Assembly: GCA_012517255.1 (NCBI GenBank)
Contig: JAAYVH010000159.1
Location: 2,793 to 66,792 of the forward strand
Direction of reading: 5' to 3'
Origin: Chthonomonadales bacterium
GTDB taxonomy: Bacteria > Armatimonadota > Chthonomonadetes > Chthonomonadales > CAJBBX01
Length of the DNA stretch: 64,000 nt
The notes under the pieces were generated by a model. That model was not told the DNA's origin and did not search any database. It saw nothing but the letters and a program-made list of their open reading frames with translations. The position numbers and the translations under genes are program-made. This document shows positions 39,301 through 47,336 of the stretch, piece after piece (within the stretch, counting starts at the first letter, position 1; every line of letters begins with the position of its first letter).

Positions 39301-40052
39301 ACGCCTGCGACCGATCCGGTTCCGAGCGCCACTCCCGCCGCATGGGTGCCGTGGCCTCCGTAGTCCACCGGGGTCGGCGAGAAGTCGAACCAGTCGTTCC
39401 AGTAGCGCATCCTGCCGGCAAGGTCCGGATGCGTGCCGTCCACGCCCGTGTCTATGATGGCGATGGAGGTGTTGCTCCCTCCTGTGAACCCCGACGGCGA
39501 TCCAGCGAAACCGGACGCCCACACGGGCCTCACGCGGCCCGTGCGCGTGGATTCGTCCATATTCGGGTGCATGGGACGATCCTGCAGCACCGCCAGGAAG
39601 GACGGGCCGAGCATAGCGGGCAGACGTGCAGCAGCCTCCAGAGGGATGGTGCCGCCCCATCCGTAGCTCACGTGCCGGAAGATGTAGCGGACGCGGCCGC
39701 CGAGAGAAGTGAACGCGTCGAGGTCCGCCTGCGTGATCGGCTGGCAGAACAGCAACTCCACTCCGGTGGGCTCGCCCAACTCCATCTGGATCCGGGCACG
39801 GGCGGCCGCGTCAGGCTCCGCCGCGATCCGCGCACGAATGGCGGCGATACGCTCGGCGATCAGGTCATCCACATGGTCCAGATCCGTATCGAGATCGGAC
39901 GGGTAGGTGATGCTCGGGGGAATCGCCGGGATGGGGGGCGGAACCGGATTGGCGAGGTAAGGAAGATCGGCTGAGGCACGCACACCGACGGCGACAATGG
40001 CTGCAGCCAGCGCGGCCCATGTCGCCCAGGCGGTTCTGAATCCGGCACTCAT
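36390..40052 (-). CDS. secreted subtilisin-like (S8) serine protease with C-terminal array of Ig-like domains
   Basis: Signal peptide MSAGFRTAWATWAALAAAIVAVGVRASA with GGAGGTG upstream. Asp/His/Ser triad motifs IAIIDTGVDGTHPDL, GHGTHAAGVALG, GTSSSSPFAAGAAAL. The C-terminus carries four ~95-aa repeats of the type TVQFTVDGSAAGSGTTDASGVAQASYAVPDG. Confidence 0.85.
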   Translation of the reverse strand: MSAGFRTAWATWAALAAAIVAVGVRASADLPYLANPVPPPIPAIPPSITYPSDLDTDLDHVDDLIAERIAAIRARIAAEPDAAARARIQMELGEPTGVELLFCQPITQADLDAFTSLGGRVRYIFRHVSYGWGGTIPLEAAARLPAMLGPSFLAVLQDRPMHPNMDESTRTGRVRPVWASGFAGSPSGFTGGSNTSIAIIDTGVDGTHPDLAGRMRYWNDWFDFSPTPVDYGGHGTHAAGVALGTGSVAGVSPTTLRITDYGDLSSVSAGSFQPWPLHLPAGSATLSMTATFLGGGQATLGYVYGDDNAYSYTLGTPTSTGTSPRTVTASFTAQSNRHYSTYLTKVSGSTVTRYATAASVTYAGVGDGFPALSGVAPGCYWVGHKVYANDGGGGDTTTIGYALDECVAYASTYGIKVVNISLSTASAHSGIRNKVNSTVGNGLIVVTSAGNAGPTGVMTDPARAQMAITTAASSDANVLTDYSSTGNFTQEWNTDYKPDLAPPGGSKYNSHILAPDSNQSDAGSNTFADVYANDYTNKRGTSSSSPFAAGAAALVIQALEAGGLTWSFTGDAHPRLVKMLLCATATETNANREGGTNNPTLGRAATPKDMYEGYGLLNTDAAVEAAYQVMSPGDTINGTTTGTAFDRRAWARKTSLTSGDQITLSLDVPPGADYDLYLYSGTPDAYGNPIILASSTSASAGTDESIVHTPAASGTAYIVIKRVSGSGAWALTYSASASITVTSPNGGENWQLGDTRDITWTYTGSPGADVKIELFKGGVLQKTLAASAPVGSGGAGSFSWDIATNLPAGTDYRVKVSSASGPATDTSNADFTLSKIPTSLAVAPASGAPGESVTLAATLTRQSNGAPIAGKTVQFTVDGSAAGSGTTDASGVAQASYAVPDGAASRTISASYTSDSEYASSSGSGTLTVTKANTTQYTIDRSGIITTLTILRQFDLKRLTDNQLLSGKTIRYRIDGTQVGTATTNDGGDSSLDWIITDGPATRTITTEFAGDVTYNSSSANATLTAQTVPTKMSSIDRTGRITSYQVLRAWLWKLDNTPVPGKLVTIKVDGTVVGTDTTIYTGRAQVPYTIPDGNGAGIRTIRAEWAGDGGFLASSVTAKLTVQKALVYIWVLSKSVKQGDNAPFYAYFRRLKDYQPQTSKPVDFKLDGTVIVSVLTDGSGVARHSYPAVDPIGAHTIRCEFYGDAWLEPGYGEGTLNIL

Positions 40053-40216
40053 GGAGCACCTCCGCGTAACATTGCGCTGGACGACCGCACGGCCTGAGCC
40101 GCGTGCGCGGTGGTCGCGACGGCCGTCGCTCACCCTCTATGATACAGCGGGTCGGCGGGATGTGCACGTCGGATGGGGCGACCAGTCGGCTGTAGGACTA
40201 CGCCCCTTGCAGCGGA

Positions 40217-41839
40217 TCAGGTCCCGCGCTGAAGCACCGTGTCGTGGGCCTGTTCAGGATCAGGATCGGGATGGTCTGTGTTGTAGTGGAGCCCGCGCGA
40301 CTCGGTGCGCGAAAGAGCAGACCGAACGACAAGGCGCGCAACGTCGGCCATGTTGCGGAGCTCGTAGATATCGGCGTCTCGCCGAGACGCGCGCAAGAGG
40401 TCGCGCGTCTCCTTCTGGAAACGCCGTATCTGCGAGTCGGCGGTGATCAGCAGACGGTCATTGCGCACGATCCCGACGTAGTCATTCATCACGGCCTGGA
40501 GGTGCTTGCGCGCTGCTCCCATGACGGCGGGCGGCGGGGCTTCCTCGCCGGCGTCGAGGCCCGACCCGCGCACGCTCACATCGCCGGGTTCGACGGGCGG
40601 CATGCCCTCGGGCAGGCCGGATGCCGACGCGTCCTCCATCGCCGCAAGAGCAGCGCGATGACCGAAGACCATTGCCTCGAGCAGCGAGTTGGAGGCCAGC
40701 CGATTGGCTCCGTGGACGCCCGTGCACGCAACCTCGCCGGCAGCGAACAGGCCAGGCAGCGTCGTGCGCCCTTCGAGATCCGTCTGGACGCCTCCGCACA
40801 TGTAGTGAGCGGCTGGGACCACGGGGATGGGATCGGCGGCAATGTCCAGGCCCAGCTCCATGCAGCGGGCATGGATGGTCGGGAACCGATGACGGATGAA
40901 GTCGTCGCCGAGATGGGTGATATCCAGGTAGACGCACGGCTCGCCTCGCCGCAACCGCTCAGCATGGATGGCGCGCGCGACCACGTCGCGAGGAGCCAGA
41001 TCCCCCATCGGGTGGTAGCGGTGCATGAAGGTCTCGCCATCGGCGGTGCGAAGAATGCCGCCCTCGCCGCGGACGGCTTCGGAGATCAGAAACGAGCGGC
41101 CGTGGGGATGATAGAGCGTGGTGGGATGGAACTGGATGAACTCCATGTTGGCCACGGCAGCCCCTGCGCGCCATGCCATGGCGACGCCGTCGCCTGTGGC
41201 GATGTCGGGGTTGGTGGTGTGCAGGTAGATACGACCGCAACCGCCGCTGGCCAGCACGACGGCGCGAGCGAGGAACAGGTGAAGATCGCCGGTGTTGGCG
41301 TCCAGCGCAAAGACGCCGACGCAGGTCCGGCGTCCATCCACTTCGGCGAGGGCCAGGTCTATGACGAGGCAGTGCTCGACAATGCGCAGGCGGGGCAAGT
41401 CCCTCACGGCGGCGAGCAGGGCCCGCTCGCATTCCCACCCCGTCCGATCAACGGCATGCACGATTCGATTGCGCGAATGGCCGCCTTCACGACCGAGGGC
41501 GAGATGCTCCACCCCCGAGGCATCCCGTTCGGTGCTGAAGCGCGCGCCAAGGGCTATGAGATCACGAATCCGCTCCGGTCCTTCCGCAACCAGAGTGCGG
41601 ACGGCGTCTTCGTGGCAGAGCCCCGCGCCCGCGCGGATCGTGTCGCCGGCATGCTCTTCCAGCGTGTCATCGTCGGAGACCACGCCTGCTATGCCGCCCT
41701 GAGCGTAGTTGGTGTTGGATTCGGCGCGATCCTTCTTGGTCAGGATCAGGGTGTCGAAGTGTCGGGCAGTCTGGTTGACAAACGTCAGGCCGGCTATGCC
41801 GCTGCCCACGACGACAAAGTCCACGGTGTCGGTGGGCAC
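40217..41839 (-). CDS. nadB: L-aspartate oxidase
   Basis: FAD dinucleotide-binding N-terminus DFVVVGSGIAGL, with flavoprotein motifs throughout (NTNYAQGGIA, HPTT, RLASNSLLE). GTG start. Confidence 0.9.
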   Translation of the reverse strand: MPTDTVDFVVVGSGIAGLTFVNQTARHFDTLILTKKDRAESNTNYAQGGIAGVVSDDDTLEEHAGDTIRAGAGLCHEDAVRTLVAEGPERIRDLIALGARFSTERDASGVEHLALGREGGHSRNRIVHAVDRTGWECERALLAAVRDLPRLRIVEHCLVIDLALAEVDGRRTCVGVFALDANTGDLHLFLARAVVLASGGCGRIYLHTTNPDIATGDGVAMAWRAGAAVANMEFIQFHPTTLYHPHGRSFLISEAVRGEGGILRTADGETFMHRYHPMGDLAPRDVVARAIHAERLRRGEPCVYLDITHLGDDFIRHRFPTIHARCMELGLDIAADPIPVVPAAHYMCGGVQTDLEGRTTLPGLFAAGEVACTGVHGANRLASNSLLEAMVFGHRAALAAMEDASASGLPEGMPPVEPGDVSVRGSGLDAGEEAPPPAVMGAARKHLQAVMNDYVGIVRNDRLLITADSQIRRFQKETRDLLRASRRDADIYELRNMADVARLVVRSALSRTESRGLHYNTDHPDPDPEQAHDTVLQRGT

Positions 41840-41944
41840 TGTCGAAAGATCAATGGATCGTACGCTCGTACTCCTGCTCCCTCTGGGAGGGTCTTCCCCT
41901 TACCCCCATATGGCGGCTATCGGTCCGTCGCCTCCGTCGCTATC

Positions 41945-42634
41945 CTAGACCTCGTAGTTCTCGACGTTTGAGTAGTCGGGCGTCGTCACGTCCTCGCCGT
42001 CGAGAGACGCCAGGTGGTAGGAGAGGACAGCCAGCTCCTGCACAAACGACACATTGCGGACCATCACCCCCGGCGGCACGCGGAGCGTTGCCGGCGCGAA
42101 GTTCAGAATGGCGCGCACTCCGGCGGCGATAAGCGCATCGGCTGCTCCCTGCGCAGCCTGACGGGGCACCGCGATGATACCGATGCCGGCCCTCATTTCG
42201 CGGTTAACCTCGGTCAGCGTGGCCACGTCGAGGATCTGCATGTCCCACAGTCGCCGACCGATCTTGGCATAGTTGTTGTCGAAGACCGCCACCAACCGAA
42301 GACGCTGCTCTTTGAGGCCCGGGTACCCGACCAGCGCCGCGCCAAGGTTGCCTGCGCCCACGAGGAGCACGCGCTGCTCTCTGTCCATGCGCAGGATGCG
42401 CGCGATGGACTCGCGAAGGTGCGACACCTCATATCCGACGCCAGGCTTGCCGAACTCGCCGAAATACGAGAGGTCCTTGCGGAACTGAGCGGCCGGTATG
42501 CCTGTGTGGGTCTCGAGCGACGCCGACGAGATCGTCGTGATGCGCTCCTGTTCAAGGTCCAGCAAGTGCCGATGATAGGTGGCAAGCCGCTCGAGCGCGG
42601 CTATCGGTACTCTCTGGCCTGTCGTTGGCGGCAT
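41945..42634 (-). CDS. rex: redox-sensing transcriptional repressor Rex
   Basis: Winged-helix N-terminus IPIAALERLATYHRHL, then Rossmann motif VLLVGAGNLGAAL. The length (229 aa from ATG 42634) is typical. Confidence 0.85.
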   Translation of the reverse strand: MPPTTGQRVPIAALERLATYHRHLLDLEQERITTISSASLETHTGIPAAQFRKDLSYFGEFGKPGVGYEVSHLRESIARILRMDREQRVLLVGAGNLGAALVGYPGLKEQRLRLVAVFDNNYAKIGRRLWDMQILDVATLTEVNREMRAGIGIIAVPRQAAQGAADALIAAGVRAILNFAPATLRVPPGVMVRNVSFVQELAVLSYHLASLDGEDVTTPDYSNVENYEV

Positions 42635-42794
42635 GTACTTCCCCTCACACTTGTGCAAGCGGTCACGCGAACACACGGATTATACCGCTGTATGCTGTCC
42701 TGCGACCGATCGGGTCTGCGCGTCGGCAGGAATCCGGCGCTCCGTGAAGCATACTAAGGGTAAGCATCGGGCGATACGCCCAAGGAGAGCCACC

Positions 42795-43589
42795 ATGGAT
42801 CTGCGCATCATCATGCTGCTTACCATCGCAGCCGTCTCAGTCTCAGCGAGCTATGCGGCTCCGCCCAAGAAGAAGCTGCTGCTCGTCTCGCATACGGCGG
42901 GGTTCCGCCATGAAGAAGGCATCGCCGCCGGCGAGAAGACGCTGCTCGAGCTCGGGCGGATTAGCGGCGAGTTCACCCTCGAAATGTGCCGCAACGGCGA
43001 GGACGTGAAGCGAATGCTCACGCCTGAGTACCTGAATGCCAACAAGTTCGACGGCGTGATCTTCAACAACACCACGGGTGACATCGGGGTACCTGACCTC
43101 AAGGCGTTTCTCGAATGGCTCAAGGGCGGCAAAGCCTTCATCGGCATGCACGCCGCGACGGATACCTATCATGGCAATGCCGACTACCTCGACCTGATCG
43201 GCGATGAGTTCCTTACCCACGGGGCGCAGTGCACGATCGAACCGCTCGTGCAGGACCCCAAGCACCCCGCCACCGCGCAGTGGGAGAAGGGCACCAGAAT
43301 CCTCGAGGAAGTCTACATCTTCAAGCACAACGACCGCTCGAAGGTGCGCGTGTTGCTCTATCTCGACAAGAACCCCGATGACGGCAGGCCCGGAGCCAAT
43401 CAGCCCGGCGACAACCTGCTGGCGTGGTGCAAGGCCTACGGCAAGGGGAAGGTGTTCTACACGGCGTTCGGTCATCGGGCCGACGTGTGGGGCAACGAGG
43501 TCGTGCGCCGGCACATGCTGGGCGGCATTCGCTGGGCGCTCGGCCTGGCCAAAGGTGAGTCGAAGCCGGGGCCGCTGCTGAAGCAGTAG
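42795..43589 (+). CDS. ThuA-like (trehalose-utilisation domain) secreted protein
   Basis: Signal peptide MDLRIIMLLTIAAVSVSASYA. The motifs LLLVSHTAGFRHE, FIGMHAATDTY and VFYTAFGHRADVW are typical of ThuA-domain proteins. Confidence 0.75.
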   Translation: MDLRIIMLLTIAAVSVSASYAAPPKKKLLLVSHTAGFRHEEGIAAGEKTLLELGRISGEFTLEMCRNGEDVKRMLTPEYLNANKFDGVIFNNTTGDIGVPDLKAFLEWLKGGKAFIGMHAATDTYHGNADYLDLIGDEFLTHGAQCTIEPLVQDPKHPATAQWEKGTRILEEVYIFKHNDRSKVRVLLYLDKNPDDGRPGANQPGDNLLAWCKAYGKGKVFYTAFGHRADVWGNEVVRRHMLGGIRWALGLAKGESKPGPLLKQ

Positions 43590-43665
43590 GAACCGCGGGC
43601 TGCGGTGGGCCCGCCGATCAGGGCCGGTCCACCGCACGCCGCTGGTTGTTGAGAAGGGGGAGTGC

Positions 43666-44928
43666 ATGGCGGAAGTACGCATGCCCAAGATGGGCGACGG
43701 CATGGAGGAGGGCACCATCCTCCGCTGGCTCAAGCGCGACGGCGATACGGTGGCGGTCGAGGAGCCCATTGCCGAGATTGAGACGGACAAGGCGAACGTC
43801 GAGATACCGGCGGAAGAGGCGGGGGTTCTGGCCCGCATCGTCGTGCCGGAGGGCGAGACCGTTCCCGTGGGAGCCGTGATCGCCTACATCGGCGCTGTCG
43901 AAGGGGAAGTGGACAGGTCGGAACCTGCGGCTTCGGCAAGCGCCACTGCCGCTAAGGCCGAACCGGTGCCCGTCATTGTCCGTGAAGGCCCGTCGCCCGG
44001 CGGCGCTCCCCAGGACCTCCCTCGAGAGCCTGCGCTGCGCGTTCGAGCTTCTCCGCTCGCCAAGAGCGTCGCGCGACGTCTCGGCGTAGACATCACGCAG
44101 GTTCGCGGCACCGGCGGCGGCGTTGGTCGCGTCGTGGCTCGGGATGTGCTGGCATTCCATGAAGCGAGCGCCCCTCGCCCCACAGCCCCTGTACCGCCAC
44201 CTGCGCCGCCGCGGCCCCAGCCTGCGTTCGTCGCGAAGCCGTCTTCCGACATCGAGATCACGAAGATGCGCCGGGCCATCGCACGCCGGACGGTCCAGAG
44301 CAAGCAGACGATCCCCCATTTCTACCTGGTCACGCCTGTTGACATGGAGCGTGCGCTCGATACGCTCACCCAACTGAACGCGCGGTATCCCGACGGAAAG
44401 GTCACCGTCAATGACCTCGTGGTCAAGGCCTGCGCCGTCGCGCTGGTGAAGTTCTCCGATGTCAACGTGTCCTTCACGCCGGAAGAGCGCATACGCAAGC
44501 ACGGCTCGGTGAACATCGGCATCGCCGTCGGCACCGAGGATGGGCTTCGGATACCCGTGGTGACCGACTGTGAGCAGCGAGATTTGCGGGATATCTCCGC
44601 CGAGGCCAAGAAGCTCATCGCTCGCACACGATCAGGGGCAATCACGCCTCAGGAGATGTCGGGAGCGACGTTCACGGTGAGCAACCTGGGCATGTTCGGC
44701 ATCGAGGAGTTCGCGGCCATCATCAGCCCTCCGGAGTCTGCCATTCTGGCCGTTGGAGCGGTCGCTCCCGAGGTCTTGGTGGACGAACGGGGCGGCTTTG
44801 TCGCTCGGCGCCGCATGCGCATCACCCTTTCGTGCGACCATCGGACCGTGGATGGCTTGCTCGGCGCGCAGTTCCTGCAGGAGGTGCGCCGCCTGCTGGA
44901 AAACCCGGTGGAACTGCTGACAGGCTAG
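43666..44928 (+). CDS. pdhC: dihydrolipoamide acyltransferase (E2) of a 2-oxoacid dehydrogenase complex
   Basis: Lipoyl domain (MPKMGDGMEEGTILRW ... IETDKANVEI), peripheral-subunit-binding domain (ASPLAKSVARRLGVDITQVRGTG) and catalytic motif DHRTVDG. Confidence 0.9.
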   Translation: MAEVRMPKMGDGMEEGTILRWLKRDGDTVAVEEPIAEIETDKANVEIPAEEAGVLARIVVPEGETVPVGAVIAYIGAVEGEVDRSEPAASASATAAKAEPVPVIVREGPSPGGAPQDLPREPALRVRASPLAKSVARRLGVDITQVRGTGGGVGRVVARDVLAFHEASAPRPTAPVPPPAPPRPQPAFVAKPSSDIEITKMRRAIARRTVQSKQTIPHFYLVTPVDMERALDTLTQLNARYPDGKVTVNDLVVKACAVALVKFSDVNVSFTPEERIRKHGSVNIGIAVGTEDGLRIPVVTDCEQRDLRDISAEAKKLIARTRSGAITPQEMSGATFTVSNLGMFGIEEFAAIISPPESAILAVGAVAPEVLVDERGGFVARRRMRITLSCDHRTVDGLLGAQFLQEVRRLLENPVELLTG

Positions 44929-44962
44929 AATCGGTCACGCCGGCACACTCGGTGCGTCGAGG

Positions 44963-45016
44963 TATACTGCGGAATGTCGGACCCTGTCGGTTCGTCCGAC
45001 GTGAGTCCAGACTCAC
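44963..45016 (+). promoter_or_regulatory. candidate -10 box plus palindromic operator-like site upstream of 45044
   Basis: TATACT lies at 44963-44968. A 7-bp hairpin GTCGGAC (44976-44982) / GTCCGAC (44994-45000) follows. A 16-bp palindrome GTGAGTC-CA-GACTCAC lies at 45001-45016, 27 nt before the ATG. Confidence 0.25.
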
Positions 45017-45043
45017 ACCTTGCCCTCGGAGGCGTCGTCAGCC

Positions 45044-45424
45044 ATGAAGGCAGCGCTCACATGCTCCTGCGGCCAGCGCATATTCGCTCGTGACGTGATG
45101 CAGCAGACCCGGATGTCGCGTCCGTGCGGCCACCGCTTTGTCTATCTGCGCTACCGCTGCTCGAACTGCAAGCGGCTGAACGAGTGCTTCATTCCCGAAG
45201 AGGAGTGGGACTTCCGCATCCTCAACGATCCCTCAGGCGAAGCCTCCGACGACGAGCGCCGACGCTTCGAAGCCATGGGGCCCATCACCGCCGACGAAGT
45301 CCAGCGTGTGCGCTCGCGCCTCGTGACGCTCCGTCGGCTCCCCACTGCCGCCACGGGCACGGCCATGGCTGCCGATGACGACGGCGAGGTTTCCTCCGAG
45401 CATCCTCAGCACCCGAGCTCCTGA
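45044..45424 (+). CDS. hypothetical small zinc-ribbon-like protein
   Basis: Cys/His pairs are spaced as in zinc ribbons (CSCGQ ... CGH ... CSNCK). The tail is acidic and low-complexity. GGAGG lies upstream. Confidence 0.4.
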   Translation: MKAALTCSCGQRIFARDVMQQTRMSRPCGHRFVYLRYRCSNCKRLNECFIPEEEWDFRILNDPSGEASDDERRRFEAMGPITADEVQRVRSRLVTLRRLPTAATGTAMAADDDGEVSSEHPQHPSS

Positions 45425-45531
45425 GCAGCTCGACGTTGGGCTTTGGGTGACGTATCCCACCTGCGCGGCAGACGGGCTGACTGATGTGACGGGTAGCTGA
45501 ACCCGATGGGCCGAACGGGTAGAGCGTCGGC

Positions 45532-46671
45532 CTACTGCCAGTCGGCGTAGGCGGCGGTGCGCAGGGCGGATTTCCAGGGCTGAACGTCGGGCCAGGGAAC
45601 GAACACCCCGCCGATACCGGCCTCGACGGCATCCGCCGCCCAGGGAAGGCGCGAGGGCTCCATGGCGACATAGAGAGGCACCGCAATGGATCGCGCTGCG
45701 TCGAGCATCTCCTCGAGCCACGGGCTGAGCAGCGTGCCCGGGCGGGATGCCTGCGGCTTGATCTCGACGACGAGACGCTCGATGCTGCTCTCCGCGACCC
45801 AGGCCGGCTCCTCGATGCCTTCGCGAGTCCAGCCGGCGACGCGAACGGGCCCGGTTTCCAGGCCGTCGGCGACGAGCGTCTCAGTGGCGGCCTCGAGACT
45901 CTCACGGAACCTGTGCACGGCGGCGCCGCGCGGACCGATCGGCGTTGCCACGGTGATGTCGCCCCATGCGCCCGCGCGGATCAGTGCCTCTTCGCAGCAG
46001 CCTTCGGGGTGTACCCTGAAGAGCAGCGGCTTGCCGTGCGCGGCAGGCGTGAGGTCACCGATCAGGCCTGCATCGCATCCGGCCTCGACGATGATCAGAT
46101 CGGGTCCCGATGCGACGGCTTCCTCGATGGGATAGGACGGCCCGTCGGCGCTTTCGATTCCCTGACTGACCATGCCGCCGACGAGGATCAGCCTGCCGTC
46201 GGGAGTGCGCACGGTCTCGTGGGCATAGTCCACGAAGTAGCGGCGCGAGGGCATGAGACCCGTCAGGCGCGCCTGGAATGCCGAGACAGCCCGATCGGTG
46301 GGATCAACGAGCACTTCGCCGCGCGCGCCGTCCACGAGGACGAGTTCGCCGTCGCGAATCGTCTGAACCCCGGTGCCGAGATCGGCGACGCACGGAGGGG
46401 GCGTCCGCCCGCGGATGGCCAGGCTGCGCACCGGACTCGCCGAGACGACGGCCACTCCGCATCCGGGCACGTCTTCGGCGTTCAGGGGATCGGAGCCGCC
46501 GACGAGCACGAGCACGAGATCCTGCTCATCGGCGGGCGAATGCTGCGCGGTCCAGAAGGGCGCATCCGGTGAGCTTCGATGCAGATCGGCCAGATCGTCG
46601 CGCGAGCGTATCATCCGGGCACGCCCCATGGCCCGCCCGGGCGCCACGCACCTGCCACGAAGCCTTCGCAT
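45532..46671 (-). CDS. PEP-utilising-enzyme-like protein (PtsI-like mobile domain + TIM-barrel-like C-terminus) lacking the phospho-His motif
   Basis: IRDGELVLVDGARGEVLVDPTD resembles the end of the PEP-utiliser mobile domain. The position of the GGxTSH motif reads VVSASPVRS, so there is no His. The C-terminal half aligns only loosely by eye. Confidence 0.35.
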   Translation of the reverse strand: MRRLRGRCVAPGRAMGRARMIRSRDDLADLHRSSPDAPFWTAQHSPADEQDLVLVLVGGSDPLNAEDVPGCGVAVVSASPVRSLAIRGRTPPPCVADLGTGVQTIRDGELVLVDGARGEVLVDPTDRAVSAFQARLTGLMPSRRYFVDYAHETVRTPDGRLILVGGMVSQGIESADGPSYPIEEAVASGPDLIIVEAGCDAGLIGDLTPAAHGKPLLFRVHPEGCCEEALIRAGAWGDITVATPIGPRGAAVHRFRESLEAATETLVADGLETGPVRVAGWTREGIEEPAWVAESSIERLVVEIKPQASRPGTLLSPWLEEMLDAARSIAVPLYVAMEPSRLPWAADAVEAGIGGVFVPWPDVQPWKSALRTAAYADWQ

Positions 46672-46702
46672 GACGATTCGCCGGAGCGCCCTGTCGCTCC
46701 GC

Positions 46703-47152
46703 CTACTGGGGGCGCATCGCCGGCGCCGGCTTGGGGGGCGGCTGGGGAGCCGGCGGCTCCTCGGCGGCCTCTTGTTCGAGCTGCGACAGCCCGACGTCGC
46801 CAGGCTTGCGATTCTTGAACCAATCGCCGGTCACATCCAGCGCGCCCGCGGGCAGTTTGCCGGTCTTGGGCGGCTCAGGGGGCGCCGTGGGATTGACCGG
46901 TCGCTTGCCGGTCGCGGTCTCGACGCCGCCCTTCTTGGCGGACGTCTGGTTCTTGAGACTCTCCATCATCTTGGCTCGCGACGCGGCCTCTTGCTCCATC
47001 CGCTGTTTCATCGCCGCTTCGCGGGCGGCATTCTCCTGAGCCGTGGGGGTCTTGGGCGGGTCGGGCTTGCCGGCTCGCTCCACCACCCACGACATCACTC
47101 CGAGGATTACGATCAGCAATCCCAGAGTCAGATAGGTCATCAGTCTGGACAT
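46703..47152 (-). CDS. hypothetical single-pass membrane protein with Pro/Ala/Glu-rich tail
   Basis: N-terminal TM helix (TYLTLGLLIVILGVMSWVV) followed by low-complexity charged and proline-rich sequence. It lies 31 nt upstream of and co-directional with 45532-46671. Confidence 0.4.
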   Translation of the reverse strand: MSRLMTYLTLGLLIVILGVMSWVVERAGKPDPPKTPTAQENAAREAAMKQRMEQEAASRAKMMESLKNQTSAKKGGVETATGKRPVNPTAPPEPPKTGKLPAGALDVTGDWFKNRKPGDVGLSQLEQEAAEEPPAPQPPPKPAPAMRPQ

Positions 47153-47336
47153 CCGATGCGAACCTCCCTGCTACATTGGACGCATAGTGACGCTTCCTAT
47201 GTTACCGGATTCTAGCCTGCCCATGTTCCGTACGGCCGTGCGAGCGATTGCCCGGCGATGCACCGTTCAGGTACGATGACCGTCGCATCTGCCCCGCGGC
47301 GTACCACGCTGCGCAGGCGGCTCTCGGAGGATCCCC

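Noticed and set aside
40244-41971. A 575-aa + strand ORF.
   Set aside because: It is antisense to nadB, whose translation carries unambiguous flavoprotein motifs. The shadow translation has no recognisable domain.
42635-42794. Searched the rex/ThuA divergent intergenic region for a Rex operator.
   Set aside because: The only candidate is TGTG...CACA with the wrong spacing (TTGTGCAAGCGGTCACGCGAACACA). It does not fit the 18-bp consensus.
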